From the NCBI GenBank assembly GCA_963787835.1, contig CAWBEI010000002.1:352001-416000 (forward strand): a stretch of 64,000 nt of DNA, read 5' to 3'. The stretch is from Ignavibacteriota bacterium. GTDB lineage: Bacteria > Bacteroidota > Ignavibacteria > Palsa-1295. Positions 9,998 to 19,626 of the stretch are shown in pieces. A program made the translations under genes and the position numbers. Numbering within the stretch: the stretch's first letter is position 1; each line of letters begins with the position of its first letter. The notes under the pieces were generated by a model. That model saw nothing but the letters and a program-made list of their open reading frames with translations, searched no databases and was not told the origin of the DNA.

Positions 9998-12480
9998 AGA
10001 ACGATACACTTCAACCATCCGAGAACTTAGCGAATCACTTCGCGCCTTACCGCGAGGAAGCGCCGCTGATCTCTCTTCCCGAAGTCGAAAAGCTCCTTAC
10101 CGGTAGTGCCACGCTGAAAAACCACCCCCCAACCCCCTCCTTCTTTAGGAGGGGGAGTTTCTTCAACAATAGGAGAATTCTTATGACACTCAGCGGAATC
10201 GCCGGACTTGCAACTTTCAGCTATTTTGCATTTTTTAGTAACCATTTTAATGGGACAATTGGGACTACTGCTACTAATGGGCCTAACACAACCCAGAGGT
10301 CCTATTTGACCCAGCCGTCCCATGACCTTGCCACTGATACACGTTCGCAGCTTGCAACACCTGCAAGCACTACTGCGAAACACACTTCACAGCTTCTCAA
10401 AACTGGCAACGTACATGGCCCCTGGAGCGCCGGCAACGACCAGTTCTACGCCGATCTCTCGCCGGAGGAATTAGCGAAGCTGGGGATTGTGGTGAATGCG
10501 GATACGGTTATAGCATATAAGTTACCACCAAATAAACCCCTCGAATCCATGCAGCTTACTGCCCATTCCATTGGAGGCGGTAACGCAAAAGCAACATTAC
10601 CTGCGGGTGTCAATCCACCAAGCTTTTTCCCTGTCCTTATGACCCGTAACAACGGACACGGTGCAGCTTTCGTCATCGAAGAAAAAGGCCGAACACAGGA
10701 ATGGGGAATGGTTTCAGATGATGAAGGGCAGAAAATGGTTCGGGATTGGCTACAATCACCCGGTACGCCAGGTTACTCCCCGATATGGTTCAAAACAAGT
10801 TCCTTTAAGATATCAGACACCTCCGTAGAAATCAATAAGTGGACACTCGAAGTTGGGAAAAATTTTGCTAAACCCCCAATGCCGTTCTGTGTGCCGAATA
10901 TAGACGGTCTTTCGGAAAGCACAAAAGCCGCACTCATGCAACTGGCCAATTATTATTCCGGCAAAGCGGAAAAACCTGATTTCACAATGCCCAAAAATCT
11001 TTTTCTCAATGTGGATACTGTTACGCCACAAAATATGCTGGATGAAATCGACAGCGAAGAAAATGATGCTACCATGACGCATCTTCGTTCAACAATGGCG
11101 CGCTTAAATGAACTTGTTCCTGTCATTGTTCGGCCCAAAGGCGGTTCCGGTGCGCCTGACACAAACGATTTCATCTTTTGGTACGAGCCAAGCGAAGCAC
11201 TATTCAATGCACTGCCGCCAGCACAAGCAGTAATATTCCGAGAGAAGTTGAATACACCCCCGCATTGCATGACATCACCAAATGCCGTACTGACGAGCGC
11301 GGAGGTTACCTTTTGCGTAGATCATCCACAAACTGTTCATATCACCGTGCGCGACCTGACCGGAAAGGATCGTATCAGTTGGGACAAAGCCGCAATTACT
11401 GGGGACAACGTCGATACATTCAGCACGGCGACTTTGGCTTCCGGCATGTATCTCGTCACTGTAAAAGATGACGATGGGAACGAACGCACCCGCCGCATGT
11501 GGATAGAGAATACACATCCGAAGGAGCCGGGATGGGAATATGAGAATATGAAACCCGACGCAGAGCATGCAATGGAAACATTCTCTACGTTTGGAGGAGA
11601 TACCACAGATAATATTCAAAAAGCGATTCTTAATATCACCTGCATCGTTATGGATAACGAAAAGCTTGCAAGTATTGGCATCGAAAACAATGATAGCCTT
11701 GCTGCATTCTACCATTCGACTACCAAAGCTGGAACTGTAGATTATGTCGGTGTTCTCCGGAATTCAAAAGTCAAATCATTATCAAAGGACCCAATAATAG
11801 ATGGAGTTAAGCCAAAATTTCTCCAGCTAAATGATATTACATCCGTGACCGTACCAACATTCCATCCATTGTTCGTTACAGATGGCCGTGGAGTTAAAAG
11901 ACTTTTCATGACTGATTTTTCCAACATACCAACATTCGATGCCGCCGAAAATCTTCGAAAGATTCACGAAATGAATAAGAAGTTCGATGAAGCTGACCAA
12001 CTCATCCCCATCCTACTTCGGGCCGATAATTCTTCCGATTCCGTCGGCTCTCGCGACCTCATCTTCTGGTACAAACCTACGCCGGAGTTCCTTGCGGCAC
12101 TTCCGGATTCCGAGCGAGCGGTTGCGCAAATGATGTCAAGCGGTACGAACAATCCTCCGGCTTCGGCAACCGATGTACACGGTGCAATCCAGGAAGCTAT
12201 TGCCTATCCAAATCCCTCGCATGGGAAGTTCAACGTCAACGTGACATTAAACGCCAAGCGCACGATCACGATCACACTTCGGAACTTGCTCGGCCAAGAG
12301 GCTGCCCCACCTGTTCAAACTTATCAAATGGGAATGTCCGCTACACCCAATAGCGTGACATATACCTACTCACCGTGGCCAACGCTCGATTTCAGCTCTG
12401 TACCAGAGGGCGTGTATCTCCTCGATATTTCCTCCGATCAGGGCGAACGATATATCGAGCGGGTGGTGATTGCGCATTGA
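9994..12480 (+). CDS. Putative anti-sigma/sensor: short N-terminus, TM, two copies of [unknown domain + T9SS CTD-like domain]
   Basis: ATGA overlap with sigma; TM at aa ~62-80; duplicated L.P...R..FWY.P....ALP; C-terminal YPNPS..G.YLL.. Confidence 0.7.
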   Translation: MKNDTLQPSENLANHFAPYREEAPLISLPEVEKLLTGSATLKNHPPTPSFFRRGSFFNNRRILMTLSGIAGLATFSYFAFFSNHFNGTIGTTATNGPNTTQRSYLTQPSHDLATDTRSQLATPASTTAKHTSQLLKTGNVHGPWSAGNDQFYADLSPEELAKLGIVVNADTVIAYKLPPNKPLESMQLTAHSIGGGNAKATLPAGVNPPSFFPVLMTRNNGHGAAFVIEEKGRTQEWGMVSDDEGQKMVRDWLQSPGTPGYSPIWFKTSSFKISDTSVEINKWTLEVGKNFAKPPMPFCVPNIDGLSESTKAALMQLANYYSGKAEKPDFTMPKNLFLNVDTVTPQNMLDEIDSEENDATMTHLRSTMARLNELVPVIVRPKGGSGAPDTNDFIFWYEPSEALFNALPPAQAVIFREKLNTPPHCMTSPNAVLTSAEVTFCVDHPQTVHITVRDLTGKDRISWDKAAITGDNVDTFSTATLASGMYLVTVKDDDGNERTRRMWIENTHPKEPGWEYENMKPDAEHAMETFSTFGGDTTDNIQKAILNITCIVMDNEKLASIGIENNDSLAAFYHSTTKAGTVDYVGVLRNSKVKSLSKDPIIDGVKPKFLQLNDITSVTVPTFHPLFVTDGRGVKRLFMTDFSNIPTFDAAENLRKIHEMNKKFDEADQLIPILLRADNSSDSVGSRDLIFWYKPTPEFLAALPDSERAVAQMMSSGTNNPPASATDVHGAIQEAIAYPNPSHGKFNVNVTLNAKRTITITLRNLLGQEAAPPVQTYQMGMSATPNSVTYTYSPWPTLDFSSVPEGVYLLDISSDQGERYIERVVIAH

Positions 12481-12500
12481 GATTATCCGGCGTTTGATTA

Positions 12501-12629
12501 CGTCATTGCGAGGAGAATCAAACGACCGGAGGGAGTTTGATTCGACGAAGCAATCTCAAACTTGCAGCGAAGAGATTGCTTCGTCAGAATCACTCCGCTA
12601 TCGCTGCGTGATTCCTCCTCGCAATGACA
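12501..12629. repeat. Family B palindrome (GTCATTGCGAGGAG..GAAGCAATCTC..GAGATTGCTTC..CTCGCAATGAC), 129 bp
   Basis: Copies at 31782, 38578, 47364, 50786, all 128-129 bp. Confidence 0.9.
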
Positions 12630-12640
12630 TTAAAATAAAC

Positions 12641-12675
12641 AAAAGCGCACCCGCCATTGCGGCGGGTGCGCTTTT
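12641..12675. terminator. Bidirectional intrinsic terminator
   Basis: aaaagcgcacccgcc-attgc-ggcgggtgcgctttt between convergent genes. Confidence 0.85.
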
Positions 12676-12697
12676 TATATCTCAACAACGATGATTG

Positions 12698-13060
12698 TTA
12701 ATGTGCCATCGGTGCGCGGCCACCACGCCCACGGCCGGGTGCTCCCCAATGTCCATCGACGAAGCCGTAACGTCCGCCCCGGCGCGGGTAGCGCGGCCCA
12801 TACCAAACGTATCCGGGATGCGGCGGGCGTTCCCAGCGTCCGGGAACCCAGATATAAGCCCCGGCGGCATAGTCCCACCGGTGATACCCGGCGATCCATA
12901 CCCCATCGGGATAGGGCGCGGCAACAACGACTTCGTGACGCGGCGGCGGCGGGCCGATGTGAATATCGAAACTGACCTGCGCGAACGCAGGCGCAGCGGG
13001 CGTCAACGCTGCCAACGCTAAGAGCCCGCAAAAACTGATGACTTTCATTACATTACGCAT
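12698..13060 (-). CDS. Secreted YXWGXW/WXXGXW-repeat protein
   Basis: Signal peptide; WIAGYH, WVPGRW, FVDGHW; RBS GGAGA upstream. Confidence 0.85.
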   Translation of the reverse strand: MRNVMKVISFCGLLALAALTPAAPAFAQVSFDIHIGPPPPRHEVVVAAPYPDGVWIAGYHRWDYAAGAYIWVPGRWERPPHPGYVWYGPRYPRRGGRYGFVDGHWGAPGRGRGGRAPMAH

Positions 13061-13456
13061 GTGGTGTCTCCTTTTAAATTGTTTGTCTAATGATTAGATG
13101 TCTATTCATACGCAAAACGTTTAAAGAGTTATGCAAAAACGAGGCCGAATTAGATTAATTGTTCTTAAGAAAACCGGGGTGATCTTCTTGACCCAAATTC
13201 CACCAAAAAAAATCATTTTCTCCCGCCGCTAATTAAAGTTCATAGAATTTGGTTTGCATTAATTCTATATTCCGCAGCCTGCTCCGGAAGCTCGCCAAAG
13301 GCAGCTTGCCAAAATGGGCTTCGGGAGATGCCAGGCGGATGTGCCCCAAGCGCACAATGGATTTGGATCATCGATGATAGATCATGGATCATCCTCCGAG
13401 GCCCGCTATTCATACGGCATTATCCCATGCGGAGCACATTAGCACCTTAATACTAC

Positions 13457-15511
13457 ATGCAGGAAGAATTGCAATCAGAAGAACAACCGGTTAGTCCGGA
13501 AGAACAACCGATCACTCGGGAAGAACAACCGGTTACTCCGGAAGAACAGTCGGCCACTCCGGATACCATTCCACCTGGCGACCAAACAGCCGATCCAGCA
13601 GGCACACCATCCGATCCAGCCGCTACGCGAGCGCCAGCGGCTACCGCAAGCAGCTACCGTGATATTATAGCGGAACGTCTGGCCCGGCAAGCATCCTCCG
13701 CGATGCGCGGCGAACCCGAGACATCCCCGCACAGTCCAATGGCACATTCCTCGGACGTCGAGCCGACGCATAGGCCTACCTCAGCTTCGGAAGAAACGAC
13801 GCCCGGGCTCCAGCAGCCTCTTGAACCAAGAGGCGGACAGATGGAGCTTCAAAACAATGAATCCAATGAGAGCGCCGTGAAGGAAGCCGGCGATGCAGGA
13901 CTTTCAGGCCGCGAACGTGCGAGAATTCGGCAGCAGGAACGCGCTGCCCTTCGGAAACAAGGTGGGCGCCCGAGCGCACCACGCGAGGAAGCAACCGAAG
14001 ATCAGGAACCAGTTTTATCGGAAGAAGCGCCTGTTGAATCTGCTGCAGAAGCACAAGCACGAAAAGATATTATCGCGGAACGCATGGCCCGCAGAGGCGG
14101 CGATCGGGAGAACAGGCGCCCAGAACGAAACCGCGAGGATCGTCCAGGTGGAGAGGAACGCCCACGTGAAGAAGGACGAAACCGCCGAGAGGAGCCTCGC
14201 CGGGAACCACAACCTCGTGAAGAAGCCCCACGCGAACGTTCGCGCGATGCCGCTGTAAAGCCCCGAACGGAATCGGTTCCCGAAGGACTTACGCTCCGCT
14301 CTGCACAGTCTGCCCCAAAGACCATAGAAGAACCCCGCCGCCGCGAACAGGGTGGCCCACGTCCCCCGATCGATCGTCCGGCGACCGATCGGCAACCACG
14401 ATCCGAAGCGCCTCGCACCGGTGAAAAGGGCTTGGATGCTGCACATGCGCTGGCAGGAAAATTAGGAATTTCCGTTGTGGTGCCACTCTTTAACGAGCAG
14501 GATTCCCTTCGTGAACTGACCGCTTCGCTCAAGCAACAACTGATGCGTCTGGCCGGACCGAAATACGAGATCCTCTATATCAACGATGGCTCGACCGACC
14601 GGTCGGGCGAGATCCTGCAGGACATCCTTGCTACAAGTTCCCGCATCAGCGTCATTACATTCCGGCGCAATCTCGGAAAATCAGCGGCGCTCGCGGCAGG
14701 ATTTACCGAGGCCCAATATGGTATTGTTATCACGCTGGATGCTGACTTGCAGGACGACCCACAGGAATTCGTCAACTTGGTCGCAAAACTTGCGGAGGGC
14801 TATGACCTCGTCAGTGGCTGGAAGAAACAGCGCCACGACCCGATGTCAAAAACAGGCCCAAGTAAATTCTTCAACTGGGTCACGGGAATTTTTAGCGGCA
14901 TCAAGCTTCACGATTTCAATTGCGGCCTCAAGGCTTACCGCAAAGAAGTGACCGAAAGCCTTCAGGTCTATGGCGAACTGCACCGGTATCTGCCGGCGCT
15001 TGCGTATTGGCAGGGGTTCCGTGTTTCGGAGATCCCGGTCACGCATCATCCACGCAAGTTCGGGAAATCGAAGTTCGGTTCGAGCCGCTTCTTCAAGGGT
15101 TTTCTCGATCTGCTCAGCATCGTGTTCACGAATCGCTACGGCAAACGCCCGCTGCACCTGTTTGGCACCATAGGTACGCTCATGGCCATTGCCGGATTTA
15201 TTATTGACATCTGGCTAACCGTTGAATGGGCGCTTGGGCTTACATCGCTCTCGAATCGTCCGATCCTTCTGCTGGGCTTGCTGCTGATCTTAGTAGGCGT
15301 ACAGCTTATTTCGATCGGGCTATTAGGCGAGATGATCGTAAAGAATGTGGCATCGAAGGCGCCGCTGAACTACCAGAAAGAAAAAGGCAAACCCTCCGCC
15401 GAAGCGCGCGAGCGCCGTGCCTCGCGAATGAATGCTCGCGGCCCAAGACCACCTCGTCCTGATGGACGCCCACCGCGACCGGAACAACGCTCGCCTCAAC
15501 GCCGTCCTTAA
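13457..15511 (+). CDS. GT2 glycosyltransferase (ArnC/DPM1-like) with a ~335-aa low-complexity N-terminus
   Basis: SVVVPLFNE, INDGSTD, RRNLGKSAAL, LDADLQDDP, DFNCGLKAY; two C-terminal TMs. Confidence 0.9.
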   Translation: MQEELQSEEQPVSPEEQPITREEQPVTPEEQSATPDTIPPGDQTADPAGTPSDPAATRAPAATASSYRDIIAERLARQASSAMRGEPETSPHSPMAHSSDVEPTHRPTSASEETTPGLQQPLEPRGGQMELQNNESNESAVKEAGDAGLSGRERARIRQQERAALRKQGGRPSAPREEATEDQEPVLSEEAPVESAAEAQARKDIIAERMARRGGDRENRRPERNREDRPGGEERPREEGRNRREEPRREPQPREEAPRERSRDAAVKPRTESVPEGLTLRSAQSAPKTIEEPRRREQGGPRPPIDRPATDRQPRSEAPRTGEKGLDAAHALAGKLGISVVVPLFNEQDSLRELTASLKQQLMRLAGPKYEILYINDGSTDRSGEILQDILATSSRISVITFRRNLGKSAALAAGFTEAQYGIVITLDADLQDDPQEFVNLVAKLAEGYDLVSGWKKQRHDPMSKTGPSKFFNWVTGIFSGIKLHDFNCGLKAYRKEVTESLQVYGELHRYLPALAYWQGFRVSEIPVTHHPRKFGKSKFGSSRFFKGFLDLLSIVFTNRYGKRPLHLFGTIGTLMAIAGFIIDIWLTVEWALGLTSLSNRPILLLGLLLILVGVQLISIGLLGEMIVKNVASKAPLNYQKEKGKPSAEARERRASRMNARGPRPPRPDGRPPRPEQRSPQRRP
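13478..13550 (+). repeat. 21-bp coding tandem repeat (EEQPV/I.P, ~3.5 copies)
   Basis: gaagaacaaccggttagtccg-like units. Confidence 0.7.
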
Positions 15512-15619
15512 TTAAGAATTAATAAGTAAGAATTAAGAGTTGAGGGAATTGATTACATGCAATAGGCTTTTGGGAACGAGGAGTTTTTTCCTCGTCTAAT
15601 TCTTAATTCTTAATTCTTA
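15508..15619. repeat. Inverted AT-rich heptamer arrays (AAGAATT / AATTCTT); similar array at 29138-29171
   Basis: ttaagaattaataagtaagaattaagag ... aattcttaattcttaattctt. Confidence 0.65.
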
Positions 15620-15620
15620 C

Positions 15621-16757
15621 TTGATCTATAAATCAGATTGTCGTCATTTCAGAGGGGATATTCCCTGCGCGCCGAACAAGCGCGAGGGCGTTCATTGCGA
15701 TGGATGCCCGCATTACGACGCGATTACTGAGAATGTATTAATTATTAAGCTCGGCGCCGCCGGCGATGTGTTGCGTACCACGCCGATCCTTACGCCGCTC
15801 CGCAAGCAGCATCCTCACGCCCGCATCTGGTGGCTGACGCATTCGTCGGAGCTGGTTCCCAGATCGCAGGTCGATCGCATTTTGTCGTGGAAATCGGAAA
15901 ATCTCGAAATTCTTCATGCGCTGCATTTTTCTCGCATTCTGAATCTCGATAAAGATCATTATGCCTGCGCGCTGGCATCCTCGCTCGATGCCGATGTAAA
16001 AGATGGTTTTGTACTCGGCGCATTCGGCGAAGCGGAACCCGCGAACGAACGCGCGAAGGCCAAATTCATTACCGGTATCTTCGATGATGTCAGCCTTCAA
16101 AATCATAAAGATTATCCTACCGAGTTGTTCGAGCTTTGCGGCTATGAATTTCACGGCGAAGAATATATTATCGACGTGCCTGCTCCGGAAGCATTCCCAT
16201 TACTCGACGCATCGCGTCCGGTCGTTGGACTGAATACCGGCGCGGGTGCGCGCTGGACTTCGCGGCTCTGGAGTATCGAGAACTGGGTGGAGTTAGCGGA
16301 GCGCATTCACGCTTCCGGGAAGAACGTGCTTCTGCTTGGCGGGCCGGATGAGGACGCTCGCAATCGGGAAATTCATCGCCGGACCAACGGCAAGGCACAG
16401 TATATCGGCTTTTTTGCGCTTCAGCAGTTCATTGGGCTTATGCAGCATTGCGAGCTTGTCGTGACGGGCGTTACGATGGGAATGCATATTGCCATTGCGC
16501 TGAAAAAGAAGATCGTGCTCATCAACAACATTTTCAATCCCTACGAATTTGGGAATTTGTATGGATTAGGCGAGATCGTCCAGCCGGACGCACAATGCAA
16601 ATGCTTCTTCCGTGGCGAGTGCATCAATCCCGAGTATTTTTGCCTCGACCGTTTGAGTGTCGAGAAAGTATTTGCCTCGCTCGAGCGCGTTTCGGTTACC
16701 CCAAACGGCAAGCACCAGCAAGCTCCGCTTGTGATGCCGGGGATGATAACGATGTAA
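15621..16757 (+). CDS. GT9 glycosyltransferase (heptosyltransferase-like)
   Basis: IIKLGAAGDVLRTTP, VGLNTGAG..W, MHIAIAL. Confidence 0.88.
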   Translation: MIYKSDCRHFRGDIPCAPNKREGVHCDGCPHYDAITENVLIIKLGAAGDVLRTTPILTPLRKQHPHARIWWLTHSSELVPRSQVDRILSWKSENLEILHALHFSRILNLDKDHYACALASSLDADVKDGFVLGAFGEAEPANERAKAKFITGIFDDVSLQNHKDYPTELFELCGYEFHGEEYIIDVPAPEAFPLLDASRPVVGLNTGAGARWTSRLWSIENWVELAERIHASGKNVLLLGGPDEDARNREIHRRTNGKAQYIGFFALQQFIGLMQHCELVVTGVTMGMHIAIALKKKIVLINNIFNPYEFGNLYGLGEIVQPDAQCKCFFRGECINPEYFCLDRLSVEKVFASLERVSVTPNGKHQQAPLVMPGMITM

Positions 16758-16774
16758 AGCCTTAGGGTTTGTTC

Positions 16775-18904
16775 CTATTTCTGTTTAGCTTCTAATGCCT
16801 CAAGGCGTCGCTCCATTTCAGCAATAGTCTTTTCCTGCGCTTCGGATTGCGCATGTTCCTTCTTCAATTCCTCCAGCAACAGCACTGAAAGCATCGGATA
16901 TTTTACGGCATCGGGAATAACTTCCTCAGACTTTGATCCGGGTATCACATCTTTCGATTTTGCATATTCCGCAAGTTCTGGAAGCACTTTCGCCACATCT
17001 TCTGCGACAAGGCCGAAATATTCCTTCCCATCAATCTTAGAAGTATAACTCACGGGACGTAGATCGTACAGTTTGTCGGTATTGATATCCAGATCGTGAA
17101 TATTGGTTTTGTACCGTGCCGAAGAAGTGCTGCGCATGATCTGCCCTGTTGATGTTACCACCATGTTTGGGGAATTAGCCGTTGTGGCTGCATACGCTCC
17201 CTGGCAATAAAGTGATGAGACTGCACTATTCCCAAGCACTACTTGATTGCTCGTCGTTGCCTGTGCTCCGCTGCCAAGCGTAGTAGTGTTATTGAGACTG
17301 GAGGACGTTGGCCCCGAGCTCGAACCAATTGCCGTATTATCATTGCCAGTTGCATTTTGATTCAAGGCAAGATAGCCGAGCGCTGTATTGCGATAACCAA
17401 TAGAATCGGAAAAAAGCACATGATAACCAACGCCTGTATTATACGCACCGGTGGAATTCCAGAATAATGCAGATGATCCTACAGCGGTGTTTGCCGTTGC
17501 GCTATCAAGAATGGCGGGGCTATTCAGTGACCAGGAATACCCATTTCGGTAAAGCGCAGAATCCCCAATCGCGACGAGATATGATCGTTCCCATGAATAG
17601 GAGAGTGCTTCAGAACCAACCGCGACATTGAAGGAGCCTGAATCGACGTTATCCATGCTGTTCACGCCAACTGCGGTATTTTCTGACCCGTATTTAATAT
17701 TATACATAGAGCCAAATCCGACTGCACAATTAAAGGAAGGTGAATTCGTGTTTTCCATCGCTTCTGTACCGAAGGCGCTGTTGCCTGATCCCTGGCAATA
17801 CTTTAGAGTGGATGCTCCAAAAGCTGCATTGCTACTACCGCTCTGACACGTCTCTAAAGCCAAGTCGCCGCAAGCCGTGTTGCCACCTCCACTCGTATCA
17901 GATTGAATCGCATCAAAACCAACCGCGGTGTTTGCAGAACCTCCGGAAATCGAATGAAGAGCGCCAATACCCAAAGCGGTATTTGCAATCAAGCCGTGAT
18001 CGCTTGTGCCCGATCCCGCGCCTAAATAGACACAGGACCCATTATCTCGGCAATCTTGAAGATTCTTTATTGAATCAGGTCCGCTCGATTGGGTAACGGT
18101 CGCCGGTTTCCACGTTTTTCCGTCCCATGTTAATACTTGCCCGGTATCTGCATTCTGCTTTCCGAGCGAGATCGTTGCGATGGGGCCGCTTCCGTTCGTG
18201 ATCGTAATGCTGCTGTCGGAATTTTGAACGGCCTGAATGCCCGTACCTCCCGTGAAGGTTTGGGAATGAATCGTTATCGTAGTTCCGGTATCGGCGATGG
18301 TCGTACCACCCGCACCCACGAGCGTTAGTTTCCCCGCCGCCGAGTTGAGCGAGAGTACGCCGCTATTTCCTATACCGATACTTCCAGAATTGTTCGCGAT
18401 ACTGATGCCACTGCCTCCCGTGATCGTGATCGAGCCATAGGAACCGTTCACGTTACTGACATAAGAACCGGATAGCGCGTTCGCCGTCGTGGCGTGCGTT
18501 GCATAATTCGCCGAATCGGCATTCAACGCCCGAAAGGCATAGGGTGCGAAGCTGACCGTCGAGCGTGGGGTCAGTTCCGGCGCGCCATCGACGGATACTC
18601 CCAGGTAATACTGTTTCGTGAAATCGAGCGTGGGTAGCAGCGGAGTTACCGCGCCAATCGCAAGATTGAAAATGCCGTTCACTACCATGACGGTTTGTGT
18701 TTCCGAATACAGCGGTGATCCGCCTGTCTCGGAGGTATAGAGCCGGATGGTCAGCGTGTCCGTGCCATTGACGGCCACTCCGTTATTCTGGAGTAATCCC
18801 TGATACGAAATGGTCGGTGACGTTTGGCCCGACACATTAGTGTTGAAAAGTGCGAGAACTCCAACGATCCATGCAATGGATAAGCAGACGGTATATTTTT
18901 TCAT
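16775..18904 (-). CDS. Secreted fibre-like protein with NTA.G beta-roll repeats and a C-terminal peptidase S74 (intramolecular chaperone) domain
   Basis: Signal MKKYTV..; ISYQGLL; NTAVG repeats; SSARYKTNI.DL..LRPVSY..GLVAEDV; coiled-coil tail. Confidence 0.82.
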   Translation of the reverse strand: MKKYTVCLSIAWIVGVLALFNTNVSGQTSPTISYQGLLQNNGVAVNGTDTLTIRLYTSETGGSPLYSETQTVMVVNGIFNLAIGAVTPLLPTLDFTKQYYLGVSVDGAPELTPRSTVSFAPYAFRALNADSANYATHATTANALSGSYVSNVNGSYGSITITGGSGISIANNSGSIGIGNSGVLSLNSAAGKLTLVGAGGTTIADTGTTITIHSQTFTGGTGIQAVQNSDSSITITNGSGPIATISLGKQNADTGQVLTWDGKTWKPATVTQSSGPDSIKNLQDCRDNGSCVYLGAGSGTSDHGLIANTALGIGALHSISGGSANTAVGFDAIQSDTSGGGNTACGDLALETCQSGSSNAAFGASTLKYCQGSGNSAFGTEAMENTNSPSFNCAVGFGSMYNIKYGSENTAVGVNSMDNVDSGSFNVAVGSEALSYSWERSYLVAIGDSALYRNGYSWSLNSPAILDSATANTAVGSSALFWNSTGAYNTGVGYHVLFSDSIGYRNTALGYLALNQNATGNDNTAIGSSSGPTSSSLNNTTTLGSGAQATTSNQVVLGNSAVSSLYCQGAYAATTANSPNMVVTSTGQIMRSTSSARYKTNIHDLDINTDKLYDLRPVSYTSKIDGKEYFGLVAEDVAKVLPELAEYAKSKDVIPGSKSEEVIPDAVKYPMLSVLLLEELKKEHAQSEAQEKTIAEMERRLEALEAKQK

Positions 18905-19000
18905 AGAATTCCCGGAAATGGGTACATTACACACAGGAGACGACACGGGGAATCACCCAAAAGTCACAATAGCTTGAAAAAACTGAAGCTCCAAAACTTC

Positions 19001-19051
19001 TCACCCCGAACCCACTTCACCTGAAGAACAGGTGTAGAAGATTCGGGGCGA
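19001..19051. terminator. Stem-loop downstream of hpf
   Basis: ccccgaa..cacctg-aagaa-caggtg..ttcgggg. Confidence 0.45.
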
Positions 19052-19080
19052 GGATCATTCGGTCTCGAAAAGGCTCTCGC

Positions 19081-19437
19081 TCACTCGCGAGAACGATCCC
19101 GCACTGCCTCGTGCCGAATCTGTGCACCGGGCCGAGCGTGGGTTTCTTTGTGCTTCAGGAGAAGTTTTTCGATCACTTTCATCGACATGTCGATCGCTTT
19201 ATGGGTCTCATCGGCGGACTCTTTCACCTTTAGCGTATCTCCGGGAACATGAATGAGCGATTCGAACGTCTTCTTATGTCCGTTAGAGCCCTCCTGATCT
19301 ACAATAAATTCCGCGCTGATTATGTTGGAATGTTCCCCATCGGAAAATTTATTGGCGACATGTTCAAATTCTGTCGTGATATACTTTTGGACTGCCTCTC
19401 GTGCCGCCTCGTGGCGGACTTGAATTCTAATGTTCAT
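19081..19437 (-). CDS. hpf: Ribosome hibernation promoting factor (HPF/RaiA)
   Basis: MNIRIQVRH.., IHVPGDTL.VKE...KAID...K.EK.L; follows xerC. Confidence 0.8.
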   Translation of the reverse strand: MNIRIQVRHEAAREAVQKYITTEFEHVANKFSDGEHSNIISAEFIVDQEGSNGHKKTFESLIHVPGDTLKVKESADETHKAIDMSMKVIEKLLLKHKETHARPGAQIRHEAVRDRSRE

Positions 19438-19626
19438 AATGGTTTCTTTCATTAATATCGGTAAAAATTGTCCGCTCTGGGTACCGCACTGAAAACTTCT
19501 GAAAAATGGCAAATGTATCGGGAAAGGCGTTTGATCTCATAATAGTATCTACAGCAATTATACTGCCAATGTGCTCATATTGTAACACTATCGTAACGAT
19601 TTTATTACATTAAAGAAAACACCATA

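Noticed and set aside
12470-12694. Short ORFs over family B repeats (also 38558-38815, 50723-50950)
   Set aside because: Repeat translations, not independent genes
13270-13350. Riboswitch in the GT2 leader
   Set aside because: Can form stems, but I recognise no riboswitch consensus; needs an Rfam search
16775-18946. Prophage tail gene
   Set aside because: Has a signal peptide; no phage structural neighbours
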